Virus record (IMG/VR): IMGVR_UViG_3300045988_061436
Coordinates: 1 to 44,261 of that record
DNA from: a virus
Strand: one strand, 5' to 3'
Length of the DNA stretch: 44,261 bases
Positions within the stretch are counted from its first letter, which is position 1. Every line of letters begins with the position of its first letter. The translations under genes were made by a program, and so were the position numbers. Shown here piece by piece: positions 8,211-15,908 of this stretch. The notes below the pieces were generated by a model, which saw only the letters and a list, made by a program, of their open reading frames with translations, was not told the origin of the DNA and did no database searches.

Positions 8211-8852
8211 TTACACGTTCTTCAAGTCTGTAAGCGGGTTGTAATCATCGGGCGTAATGATTACAAAGTCATCACTCCAATTAGGCAAGAACGACCAGTT
8301 AACACTGTTGTTGTCGGGGTTCTCGAAGCCGCCCAAACCCTTATCGCCGATAAACAGGTTGCGAATTGGAATTGGAGAAACATTGCCCGCTTCGTCTTTC
8401 AAAGCACCGATAGCCCCGTCCTCGTTGATGAGGTAAACACCCAAATTGAACACGTCTGCTTCACAAGACAAATATTTCATTGCCTTGATTTGCGCCTGCG
8501 GTGCGTTACGGATAACAGACGTGAATGCGGTCGGCTCTCGACCGATTGTCATCTCGATACCTCCCAACGTGTCGTTACCACCTCCAAAGGTGCGAGCCTT
8601 GCCCGGTTCTGCTGACGGTGCCTGCAAGTAAGGTGAGATAACCATCTTCGAACTATCTGCCGCCGCAAACAAAGGCGTAATGCTGGCAAGTTTGGTAATT
8701 GGTTTGCTTGAGGCAAACACGTTCTTTGCACCGTCGTCTTTGCGCAACCTCTGAAAGATTACTTTCTGCAACTGTCCGAAACCCTCCGAGCAAGTTGCCG
8801 CCGGGATAGTTTTGAGTGCAGCTAAGCCCGGACACTGACAAAATTTTGACAT
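8211..8852 (-). CDS. Virion structural protein, first gene of the late operon (possible major tail or head-associated protein)
   Basis: 213 aa. First ORF after a TATATTTG promoter box and a structured leader. No motif recognised. Confidence 0.55.
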   Translation of the reverse strand: MSKFCQCPGLAALKTIPAATCSEGFGQLQKVIFQRLRKDDGAKNVFASSKPITKLASITPLFAAADSSKMVISPYLQAPSAEPGKARTFGGGNDTLGGIEMTIGREPTAFTSVIRNAPQAQIKAMKYLSCEADVFNLGVYLINEDGAIGALKDEAGNVSPIPIRNLFIGDKGLGGFENPDNNSVNWSFLPNWSDDFVIITPDDYNPLTDLKNV

Positions 8853-8918
8853 CTGATTAAAGTTTAATTAATATTAATTCTCTAACACTATTACGCTAAC
8901 CCATTGCGTAACGTGCGA

Positions 8919-8950
8919 CAAATATACTTATTTTTTTTATGTGTGAAAAG
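8919..8950 (-). promoter_or_regulatory. Late-operon promoter candidate (perfect -7 box TATATTTG, weak -33)
   Basis: Minus strand reads CTTTTCACACATAAAAAAAATAAG-TATATTTG. It is followed by the leader hairpin TTACGC-N9-GCGTAA (8891..8911). Confidence 0.5.
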
Positions 8951-8986
8951 TATTTGAGAGATTATTTGCGTTATTTGACTTAAATA

Positions 8987-9060
8987 TTGCGTCTAACGGC
9001 TTATATTTCGTTTTGCTTATAGTTTTACACCTCAACAAAGACAAAGCCGTGTCGGGCGTG
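8987..9060. repeat. Module-boundary element, copy B
   Basis: TTGCGTCTAACGGCTT at 8987..9002 and AAGCCGTGTCGGGCG at 9044..9058 (start-to-start 57 bp). The same halves and spacing occur at 111, 12886 and 32133. Confidence 0.85.
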
Positions 9061-9083
9061 AAAATAAGCCGTGCTATATTCTG

Positions 9084-10628
9084 TTAGTTCCTACGCCTTA
9101 CCCCTCTGTGCTGCCTGCCGTATGGTTGTACGCTCTTTGTCGCAATCTCTTTCTCGTACACACCCGTCAAACCGTCCTCTATATCATCATGCTTGTTTGC
9201 ACTGAAATTACGCAAAAAGTCTGTAAGATGTTCGTATATGTGTGGGTAGCGAGTTTCCCACCCATAAGGCATAATGATGCACTGATTAACCATTGCAGAA
9301 GATGTTATAATACGGCTTTCCTTGTTGCTACTCTGATGAAATGGTAAAGTTACCGCCTTAACCTTGCTTTTGATTATCTTCTCAAATTGCGAACCACCGT
9401 TGTTGCTCTCTATCCATGCTTTTTGTACTCCGTTGCGGTTTATCATTTCGGGTACTGTTACCGTTGTCACCTCTGTTGGCTCTGTCGTTGCTATCATGTC
9501 AGTAACCAACGCAAACAAAATCGGTTCAAATGTGCCGGTGTGTTCGTTGTATGCTTTGTTAGGGGATAAATAAATATCATAACATACGCTAAACAGCATA
9601 TCGTCTCCCTCGTCTGCTACGTCTGTATAATTGCCACTACGTACATACGTGCCGTAATCTTCTTTGTTTACCCACGTCTTGAAAGGTTGGTAAAGTAAAC
9701 CCTCAACGCCACCCGGGTTGCCTTGATGTAAACAATTAAACTGCACCGGGTCTAATGCTTGTTGCGCTTTCAATTCCTCCAAGCTGTGCCTTTCCTCCCA
9801 TAAGGCGGTATCTTTCAGACGTGGGTCTATCTCTGTCGGGTCGCTTGTTTTTATTGCTTCAAAGTTTACACGCACCCACGCACCCGGCGGCACGTTGTTA
9901 AGGTCGCTCCACTTCTTAATATCAATTATCTGCTCTTTGCTCTTTTCAAGCCTACCGATTATATCCTCTTTGTGCCAACGTGTAAATACGATTAACTGTT
10001 GGCTTCTGTTGTGCAATCGAGTACGTACAACCGTTGTGTACCACTTCCAAGCCGCTTCACGTACTATTGGACTGTTTCCCTCTGCATAATCTTTGTACAC
10101 GTCATCAAGTATTGCAACATCAACCGTCTTACCGGTTAACGCACCACCACGACCAACGACACGTAACGACCCTTTATGTCCTACCGTCTCAAATACCGTA
10201 CTATTGCGTAAATAGTTGTTTGCTACTGTTACCACGTTTGAACCGTTGAGGTACGTGTCGGGAAACACTTTTTTATAGCGTTCTGTGTCGATTATACGCT
10301 GTACGTCACGGTTAAAGTCTTGCGCCACTGTTGCAGCGTATGAACCGATACATATTTTTTTGTCCGGGTCACGACCCAACAAGTAAGCAGGCAAGAAACG
10401 ACTACTACCTTGCGACTTTCCATGCTGCGGTGGTGCTTGCACTATGAGTTTACGAATAACACCCTGCGCAAACAAATCTAATACACGGTAATAGTTAACG
10501 TGAAACTCGTCTGCGTCAAAATCTACCTGCATATAACGGGCAAAATTTAGTAACCTTTTCCGTGCTGCTGCTATTATCAACGCTTCCGGGTTACTTTTCA
10601 AATACTCTAATGCTTTATTTTTGCTCAT
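9084..10628 (-). CDS. terL: Terminase large subunit
   Basis: 514 aa. Walker A-like QAPPQHGKS, Walker B-like VAILDDV, and a C-terminal acidic nuclease-type segment (HDDIEDGLTG). Confidence 0.85.
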   Translation of the reverse strand: MSKNKALEYLKSNPEALIIAAARKRLLNFARYMQVDFDADEFHVNYYRVLDLFAQGVIRKLIVQAPPQHGKSQGSSRFLPAYLLGRDPDKKICIGSYAATVAQDFNRDVQRIIDTERYKKVFPDTYLNGSNVVTVANNYLRNSTVFETVGHKGSLRVVGRGGALTGKTVDVAILDDVYKDYAEGNSPIVREAAWKWYTTVVRTRLHNRSQQLIVFTRWHKEDIIGRLEKSKEQIIDIKKWSDLNNVPPGAWVRVNFEAIKTSDPTEIDPRLKDTALWEERHSLEELKAQQALDPVQFNCLHQGNPGGVEGLLYQPFKTWVNKEDYGTYVRSGNYTDVADEGDDMLFSVCYDIYLSPNKAYNEHTGTFEPILFALVTDMIATTEPTEVTTVTVPEMINRNGVQKAWIESNNGGSQFEKIIKSKVKAVTLPFHQSSNKESRIITSSAMVNQCIIMPYGWETRYPHIYEHLTDFLRNFSANKHDDIEDGLTGVYEKEIATKSVQPYGRQHRGVRRRN

Positions 10629-10643
10629 TTTGTAAATTTATTT

Positions 10644-10701
10644 CTAAAAAGGGGCAAAAATACTTAATACTGATTATCAGTAAGTTAGTATCATTTGCCC
10701 C
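10644..10701 (-). terminator. Long imperfect hairpin plus U-tract immediately upstream of terL
   Basis: Minus strand reads GGGGCAAA...ACTGATAATCAGT...TTTGCCCC followed by TTTTTAG. It ends 16 nt before the terL ATG. Confidence 0.5.
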
Positions 10702-10734
10702 AAGGGAGATATAAAAACACGTTGTAAACAAATT

Positions 10735-10971
10735 TTAAAAGTCCTTTTTACCTACTTTAGGCGTACCCTTTCGGTAGTGCGTGCAAGTCTTTGCGTTATT
10801 TCCTCGTAATATGTAGTAACTTTCGTGCGGACAAGTCAGACAAATAGGCTTACCGTGTATATCCATGTGTCTGAACTGCATTACCCAAGTAGCGTTAACA
10901 CATTCACGGCAATATTGCTCTATCTCTGCCGGTTTGCTTTTACTCGCTCTCTGTGCTGCTTTCCTTGCCAT
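10735..10971 (-). CDS. Small Cys-rich (zinc-ribbon-like) protein
   Basis: 78 aa with CRECV...CLTCPH...C..H. Overlaps the terS 3' end by 32 nt. Confidence 0.5.
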   Translation of the reverse strand: MARKAAQRASKSKPAEIEQYCRECVNATWVMQFRHMDIHGKPICLTCPHESYYILRGNNAKTCTHYRKGTPKVGKKDF

Positions 10972-11506
10972 TGCCTACACCTTTTAACTTGCGTTCTTGC
11001 TCCGCCCTGCTGTCTTGCATAGCGTCTGCAATGTTAAACAACACATCATCGGGTACGCCCTCAAAATGATATTCTTGCGGCTCGTCCTTTGGCTTGCCTG
11101 TTATATCCTCGTTCTGTACCTGCTGACGGTTCTTCCACTTCTCGGGGGCAACATTACACAAAGCAAACACCAAAGCACCCGTATCGGGCGAAAAGTGCTT
11201 TTGCTTTACACGCTTATACTTGATTTGTGGGTTGCCGTCTTTGTCGCTTCTGTACTCTGTTTCAACTTCTTCCTCGACATAGCCGGTCGCTTTCTTGTAC
11301 AGGGCGGTTTCTAACTTTATACGCAAAGTTTCTCTGTACTTCGCCTTGGCTTTATCTATAAGTTCACGAAATTCATTCTTTTCGTGCCACCAACGGTTAA
11401 ACGTGTTCTCTGATACACCCGCCTTGAACCCCGCTTCTTTTTGAGTATCGCCTTTTGCCAAATTCTCAAAAATTATCCGCTTTACTTCTTTATTATACTT
11501 CGCCAT
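10940..11506 (-). CDS. terS: Terminase small subunit (candidate)
   Basis: 188 aa with an N-terminal HTH-like segment (GDTQKEAGFKAGVSENTFNRWW). Sits directly upstream of terL. Confidence 0.6.
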   Translation of the reverse strand: MAKYNKEVKRIIFENLAKGDTQKEAGFKAGVSENTFNRWWHEKNEFRELIDKAKAKYRETLRIKLETALYKKATGYVEEEVETEYRSDKDGNPQIKYKRVKQKHFSPDTGALVFALCNVAPEKWKNRQQVQNEDITGKPKDEPQEYHFEGVPDDVLFNIADAMQDSRAEQERKLKGVGNGKESSTESE

Positions 11507-11533
11507 AACTAACCCTTTGTTATAGTTAATATT

Positions 11534-12862
11534 CTATTTCTTCAACTCTCTTATAATTGCTTTTTCTTTCTCTGTTAATTCCCATTCATGGGTTACAACA
11601 ATTCCCTCCCTTTCTTCTGCTTCTGCCCTTTCTTCTGCTTCTGCCCTTTCTTCTGCTTCTGCCCTTTCTTCTGCTTTATAGTCGGGGATAAGGTAGCCAC
11701 TTCCAAAGATAGACTTGCCCAACTCTTTCTGACTTTCCAAGCCGTCTATCCTATGTGTTTCGCTCACCTCTGCTTCAAACTCTACCCCGTACCTCGATAG
11801 CTTTGCAAGTGCTGCCGCTGTCATTACGTTAATAGGGTACGTGTACTTTGGTAGCTGCTTCTTAATCTCTTTGAGGTTCTTATCATTCTCTGCCTTAATT
11901 ACCTTGTATAACTTCGGTACAGACCTAAACCGCACACTTCCGTTTAGGTTGGTTACAAATGATGTGTTAACGTTTGCCCCGTTCTCATACGTAACAGTTA
12001 CGCCCAAACTTATTGCCGTGAAATCTTGTGATGATGAGAATAACGTGAGAGTAGGTGCAAACAAAAAGAAATTAATGTCTTTCTCCTTGTAAAATCGCAT
12101 TATCTCTGCTAATATAGAGAAAGGCGGGTTATCAAGTACAACGCAACCCTTTGGATAGTCAAAGTGTTTGTAATCTCCACCCGGATAGAAAGGACGTACA
12201 ATGTCCTTGCGCTTTATCTTATATTCAGATATACACCAATCAACCACCGCATCGTAAATATTTTGTGGCGTATAACAATCATCGGTCGTTTTCTTTGGTT
12301 TGAACTTCTCCACAAAGGCAAGATATTCCTCATCGGTTTCGTCTATTTCTCCGCTTTCCAACTTCTTGCGAAATTCACGCATACCCTTTTCGTACTCCTC
12401 ACGCTCTTTGCGTTCTTGTTCCTCTTTGCCTATCGTCTTATCCCAACTTTCGGGCAAAGCCACGTCCCATTCTTTAAGCTCGTTTACATTCCACTCTCGG
12501 GCAACCTTTTCCCAATCTACCGAGCCTTTGATGTCGTTGTCTAACATTGCCATACGTCGCAACTTCTCAACGGGTGTGTCTTGTGGCAACAAAATAACGG
12601 GTATTAACTCTTTGCCCAACTGCTTCTGCGCCTTAACTCGTCCGTTTCCTCCAATAGCCACGTACTTACCATTAAGCGGGAACACCATTGCAGCACGTGC
12701 GACAGTCATTTCGGGCAACGCTTCAACACTTTTGCGCAACTCTGCTTCCTGCTCCTCTGTACGTATCATGTAGTTTTCGGGTACGCCCTCGATTTGCCCC
12801 TCGTTGTACTCTACAAGATTAGCGGGTACAAATTTTATTTCTATATCTCCGGTTTCTTTCAT
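11534..12862 (-). CDS. ParB-like nuclease domain fused to an N6-adenine-type DNA methyltransferase
   Basis: 442 aa. The N-terminal region is ParB/Srx-like (IAIGGNGRVKAQKQLG). Motif IV is DNPPFS. The C-terminus carries an (AEAEER)n repeat. Confidence 0.65.
   Translation of the reverse strand: MKETGDIEIKFVPANLVEYNEGQIEGVPENYMIRTEEQEAELRKSVEALPEMTVARAAMVFPLNGKYVAIGGNGRVKAQKQLGKELIPVILLPQDTPVEKLRRMAMLDNDIKGSVDWEKVAREWNVNELKEWDVALPESWDKTIGKEEQERKEREEYEKGMREFRKKLESGEIDETDEEYLAFVEKFKPKKTTDDCYTPQNIYDAVVDWCISEYKIKRKDIVRPFYPGGDYKHFDYPKGCVVLDNPPFSILAEIMRFYKEKDINFFLFAPTLTLFSSSQDFTAISLGVTVTYENGANVNTSFVTNLNGSVRFRSVPKLYKVIKAENDKNLKEIKKQLPKYTYPINVMTAAALAKLSRYGVEFEAEVSETHRIDGLESQKELGKSIFGSGYLIPDYKAEERAEAEERAEAEERAEAEEREGIVVTHEWELTEKEKAIIRELKK
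11608..11676. repeat. 18-bp tandem repeat, about 3.8 copies, in-frame inside the ParB/MTase gene
   Basis: ccctttcttctgcttctg occurs three times exactly (11608, 11626, 11644) plus a partial fourth copy. It encodes AEERAEAEERAEAEERAEAEERE. Confidence 0.95.
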
Positions 12863-12885
12863 ATTGGTTTTATTTTGGTTGAATT

Positions 12886-12957
12886 TTGCGTCTGACGGCT
12901 TTTAATTCTTTTTGTGGTGTAATTTATTGTTTGTCGTATTTAAGCCTTTTGTGTGCC
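12886..12957. repeat. Module-boundary element, copy C (most diverged)
   Basis: TTGCGTCTGACGGCTT at 12886..12901 has one mismatch. The distal half TAAGCCTTTTGTGTGCC is degenerate. Confidence 0.6.
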
Positions 12958-12998
12958 TTTATTTTTGCTTCTCTGCGTTTCTTATAAGAGCGATAACG

Positions 12999-13025
12999 CC
13001 CGGAACGCTTCTGAAACGCTCCGGG
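12999..13025 (-). promoter_or_regulatory. GC-rich intergenic hairpin (terminator-like, no U-tract)
   Basis: cccggaacg-N9-cgctccggg: a 9-bp stem with one G-U pair. Confidence 0.45.
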
Positions 13026-13059
13026 CAACAATGAAAAACATAAAAACAAATATACGCCA

Positions 13060-13296
13060 TTACACTGGCTTTTCTTTTGGTTTAAGTATAACCTCAATCT
13101 CCCACTCCTGCACGGCTTCTTCTTCCTGCTTAGCCGCTTCCTCAATGTCTGCCAACAACTCTGTACCCAAATAGAAAGCGACAGGCGTGTTTCTGTGTCC
13201 GCCCTCTCCGTACTCGATTACTTCTGTTGTATCGTGTTCTGGCTGCTCTATTATTACACCGTTGTCAACAAACTTGAAATTATACTTATTCTTCAT
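13060..13296 (-). CDS. Hypothetical acidic protein
   Basis: 78-aa ORF with ATG 13296. Confidence 0.6.
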   Translation of the reverse strand: MKNKYNFKFVDNGVIIEQPEHDTTEVIEYGEGGHRNTPVAFYLGTELLADIEEAAKQEEEAVQEWEIEVILKPKEKPV

Positions 13297-13438
13297 TTTC
13301 TTTGTCTCCTATACTTTGCAGGCGTTGTCTTAACCTTTTGTTCTGTGCTGCTGCTTCAGGACATTCTCCGTTTATAAACAACTCACAACCGGGGCAACAA
13401 CCGCCTGCTGATTTGATTTCGTTACACTTCGCCGTCAT
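13286..13438 (-). CDS. Unlisted 50-aa Cys-rich ORF
   Basis: MTAKCNEIKSAGGCCPGCELFINGECPEAAAQNKRLRQRLQSIGDKENEE. It fills an otherwise empty 125-bp gap and overlaps both neighbours (17 nt and 11 nt). Confidence 0.4.
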   Translation of the reverse strand: MTAKCNEIKSAGGCCPGCELFINGECPEAAAQNKRLRQRLQSIGDKENEE

Positions 13439-13607
13439 ATCCACACTTGACAAATAGGTCTTTAATTCGCTTCGGTTCGCCTATTACAACAAACTCCGCT
13501 TTTTCTCCTCTCATAATTGCAACATTTGCTATCTCGCAATCAAATAGCGGTGCTTCTTTTTGAAGCCGTCCTACTGTATAGATTGAAGCCTCGTGTCTTT
13601 TTCCCAT
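13422..13607 (-). CDS. Hypothetical protein
   Basis: 61-aa ORF. ATG 13607 lies about 20 nt downstream of a TATATTTG box. Confidence 0.5.
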   Translation of the reverse strand: MGKRHEASIYTVGRLQKEAPLFDCEIANVAIMRGEKAEFVVIGEPKRIKDLFVKCGYDGEV

Positions 13608-13626
13608 TATGTTTATAATTTACCTG

Positions 13627-13657
13627 CAAATATAATATTTTATTTTCTATTTTGCAA
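13627..13657 (-). promoter_or_regulatory. Promoter candidate (TTGC-N19-TATATTTG)
   Basis: -7 box caaatata at 13627..13634 on the plus strand, with the -33-like TTGC 19 nt upstream. Confidence 0.45.
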
Positions 13658-13792
13658 GTGTTTAATGAAAATAATTCTAAACCCAACACCAAAGCACAAC
13701 GCACGCACCTCAATATCCACATACGTATCTGCATTGTTAAGATATGAGAGAGAAAGGGCGGGGCTTAAAAACTCCCTATTTCTCCACGTGCT

Positions 13793-13824
13793 GCGGGCGT
13801 AAAAGCATACGCCTAAACGCCCGC
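13793..13824 (-). promoter_or_regulatory. GC-rich hairpin after gene 13836..14216
   Basis: GCGGGCGT-N16-ACGCCCGC (8 bp), with an alternative inner stem GGCGTA/TACGCC. Confidence 0.45.
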
Positions 13825-13835
13825 CATGAAACACT

Positions 13836-14216
13836 TTACTTCTCATTGAGTTCCTCGACTTCCATTTCTGAAACAAAGTCCAAATTTTCACGCATAGACC
13901 TTGCGCCGTCTAACTTCGCTTTGTTGTAAAGCATGACAAGTTTTTTATGTCTCATCTGATAGCCTTTAACCCAACAGACGAAAGAACCGTTTTTGCCTTT
14001 CATCTTAACCCTTAATTTCGTGTCGGGCTTGAATGGCGCAAACTCTTTGATGTACTGTGCATCTAATAGATTCTGCTCATGTAAAAGCCCGTCACGCTCG
14101 TTCTCGATTTCCTTTGAACGCTTGAAATACTCTTCTTCTGTCATAGTTTCTTTTTTTATTGTTTTATTCAACGCTGTTTTAGCGTAGTTCTCGACTTTGT
14201 AAAGATTATAAAGCAT
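13836..14216 (-). CDS. Hypothetical protein
   Basis: 126-aa ORF with ATG 14216. Confidence 0.6.
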   Translation of the reverse strand: MLYNLYKVENYAKTALNKTIKKETMTEEEYFKRSKEIENERDGLLHEQNLLDAQYIKEFAPFKPDTKLRVKMKGKNGSFVCWVKGYQMRHKKLVMLYNKAKLDGARSMRENLDFVSEMEVEELNEK

Positions 14217-14356
14217 TACTTTGAGTACTCCCGCAACACTTCTTCATCTTTTGTTAACTCTCGCTTTCGTGTGCCTTTATATCTTGCAATTCTGTACTCA
14301 TCGCTTCTACACACGCAATAAATACGCTTGTACGCTTGATTATCTTTTGAACTCTG

Positions 14357-14872
14357 TCATACATTGCTATCTGTTTTTTGCAATAACAACCAATCTTCAC
14401 GACTTACCTTGCAGATACGTGGGTACTCGACTATATCGCCTTTTTCAAAAGCAATATTATAGATACCTAATTGCCCCTTTACAGGCAACTCAACACATCG
14501 CACCGGGTTGCGCATCAACCAACCGTAACCGGTCTTAATCTCTGCACGCTTGTTTCTTGGTATTCTCGTTTTGTCCCAATCTTCGGGCGTGAAATCCTCT
14601 ACACGCTTTATATCGTACAACTCGACAAAACCCATAATACAACCGCTTTCTTTACCCGGTATAATCGGTTTTTGACTACTGCAAATCAAAATACGCCCTC
14701 GATATTGTGTGGGTTTGCTTCTTACCTCGATACTCTTAACACCGTACACGTTACCGTCAATATCTTTGTAAGCTGCTTTAACCAAATCGTCTGCGTATGG
14801 TTGCTTTACCGTTAACGCCTTGTAGGCTTCGTGTTTAGTTGCATCGTAACCTTTCTTGATGTTTATCTGCAT
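14357..14872 (-). CDS. ASCH/PUA-like domain protein (candidate)
   Basis: 171 aa. ALTVKQPYADDLV...KSIEVRS resembles the N-terminal strand pattern of ASCH domains. Confidence 0.45.
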   Translation of the reverse strand: MQINIKKGYDATKHEAYKALTVKQPYADDLVKAAYKDIDGNVYGVKSIEVRSKPTQYRGRILICSSQKPIIPGKESGCIMGFVELYDIKRVEDFTPEDWDKTRIPRNKRAEIKTGYGWLMRNPVRCVELPVKGQLGIYNIAFEKGDIVEYPRICKVSREDWLLLQKTDSNV

Positions 14873-14883
14873 AGCCTATTTGG

Positions 14884-15363
14884 TTAAAATGGAAAATCGT
14901 CTTCCTCCTTATTAGGCGATACAGTGCCGTTCCATTGCTCTGTCTGTTGTGGTGCTGCCGCCTGCGTTCTGTTAATTACGCCTTTCGGTGCTGCTGTTGG
15001 TTGTGGTGGCGGTGGTGCTGCCGTTTTTGGTTTTGGTGTCAACAACTCCATACGTGAAGCGTATATCTCCGTTACATAGCGTTTTATTTTCGCTTCGTCC
15101 TCATACGAACGGTAACGCAACTTTCCCTCTATGTAGAGTTTATCGCCCTTATGTACGAACTTCTCCGCTACGTCTGCAAGTGAGTTAAACAGCGCAATAT
15201 TGTGCCACTCTGTACGCTCCGGCACGGTTGTGCCGTCTTTTCTCTTATACTCCGGCACTGATGTCGCCAAAGACAAAGACACCGTTTTCCCTCCATTCTC
15301 GAATGTGTAAACCTTTGGGTCTCCTCCTACGTTACCCAAAAGTGTAACCCTATTTATTGCCAT
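14884..15363 (-). CDS. ssb: Single-stranded DNA-binding protein
   Basis: MAINRVTLLGNVGGDPKV OB-fold start, a Pro/Ala/Gln linker, and the canonical acidic tip EEDDFPF. Confidence 0.95.
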   Translation of the reverse strand: MAINRVTLLGNVGGDPKVYTFENGGKTVSLSLATSVPEYKRKDGTTVPERTEWHNIALFNSLADVAEKFVHKGDKLYIEGKLRYRSYEDEAKIKRYVTEIYASRMELLTPKPKTAAPPPPQPTAAPKGVINRTQAAAPQQTEQWNGTVSPNKEEDDFPF

Positions 15364-15364
15364 A

Positions 15365-15478
15365 TTAAAAAAGATTGATTAAAAACTTTACAACGCTTAC
15401 CGCTGAATAAATGTACGACGCAAACGTTAACGTTACAAACGTATAGAACACGATTTTATAACCTGTACTTGCTTTCAT
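15365..15478 (-). CDS. Unlisted 37-aa hydrophobic mini-protein
   Basis: MKASTGYKIVFYTFVTLTFASYIYSAVSVVKFLINLF. Its ATG overlaps the upstream stop (ATGA), and its stop lies 1 nt before the ssb ATG. Confidence 0.5.
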   Translation of the reverse strand: MKASTGYKIVFYTFVTLTFASYIYSAVSVVKFLINLF

Positions 15479-15561
15479 TTCTTGCGCTTATCTTTAATGA
15501 TTAAATAAATAAAAAAGGCATTGATTAAAGCAATCAAAACGCCCATTGTGTTATCGTTCAT
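15475..15561 (-). CDS. Unlisted 28-aa hydrophobic mini-protein
   Basis: MNDNTMGVLIALINAFFIYLIIKDKRKK. Starts 2 nt after the upstream stop. Confidence 0.5.
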   Translation of the reverse strand: MNDNTMGVLIALINAFFIYLIIKDKRKK

Positions 15562-15563
15562 AA

Positions 15564-15908
15564 TTACTTAAATTTTACACCGTCCAACAGATACTCGTCT
15601 TTGCGCTCGCTCCAGTCTGCCGCCCTATTCAACGCCCTGCGGTCTTCGTCAAATACAAACATACAGAACCAACCACCGAAAGGTGCTTCACGTATTAACC
15701 GCACTTGCTTGCCTAAAATCAAATTGCGGTACTTATAATATCCGCTATTCTCATTAACGAAAGCTATACGCCTAATCGCATTTATTTGCGGTTGTTTTTG
15801 CGTCTGTCGCCCTTTCTCCCTTTCGGGGGTACGATTATAAGGCTTAAAGTCTGAACGCACGCTACGCCTTGAAATTTCGCTATAATCTGTTTTTCGTTTT
15901 ACTCTCAT
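15564..15908 (-). CDS. Hypothetical basic protein
   Basis: 114-aa ORF. ATG 15908 overlaps the HNH gene stop by 4 nt. Confidence 0.6.
   Translation of the reverse strand: MRVKRKTDYSEISRRSVRSDFKPYNRTPEREKGRQTQKQPQINAIRRIAFVNENSGYYKYRNLILGKQVRLIREAPFGGWFCMFVFDEDRRALNRAADWSERKDEYLLDGVKFK

Noticed and set aside
9084-11506. Programmed frameshift or intein/intron in the terminase genes
   Set aside because: The terL frame is continuous with Walker A, Walker B and nuclease segments in order. No interruption is visible.
11608-11676. Possible CRISPR-like or regulatory repeat array
   Set aside because: The units are directly adjacent with no spacers, are in frame, and lie inside a gene. This is a coding tandem repeat, not a CRISPR array.
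12924-13145. 73-aa highly basic minus-strand ORF
   Set aside because: It overlaps gene 13060..13296 out of frame and spans the GC hairpin and boundary element C. Its composition (Arg/Lys/Ser/Leu runs) looks non-coding.
13540-13891. ORFs 13540..13734 and 13640..13891 in the 228-bp gap between genes
   Set aside because: They overlap a promoter box, a hairpin and the neighbouring genes, and their composition is poor. I treat the region as regulatory. I also checked it for tRNA-like features (T-loop GTTCGA/GTTCAA) and saw none.
14254-14364. 36-aa ORF in the 140-bp gap 14217..14356
   Set aside because: It has an ATG and overlaps the upstream stop, but unlike the other mini-ORFs it is not tightly coupled at its 3' end. 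Its composition is unremarkable, and the evidence is too weak to call.
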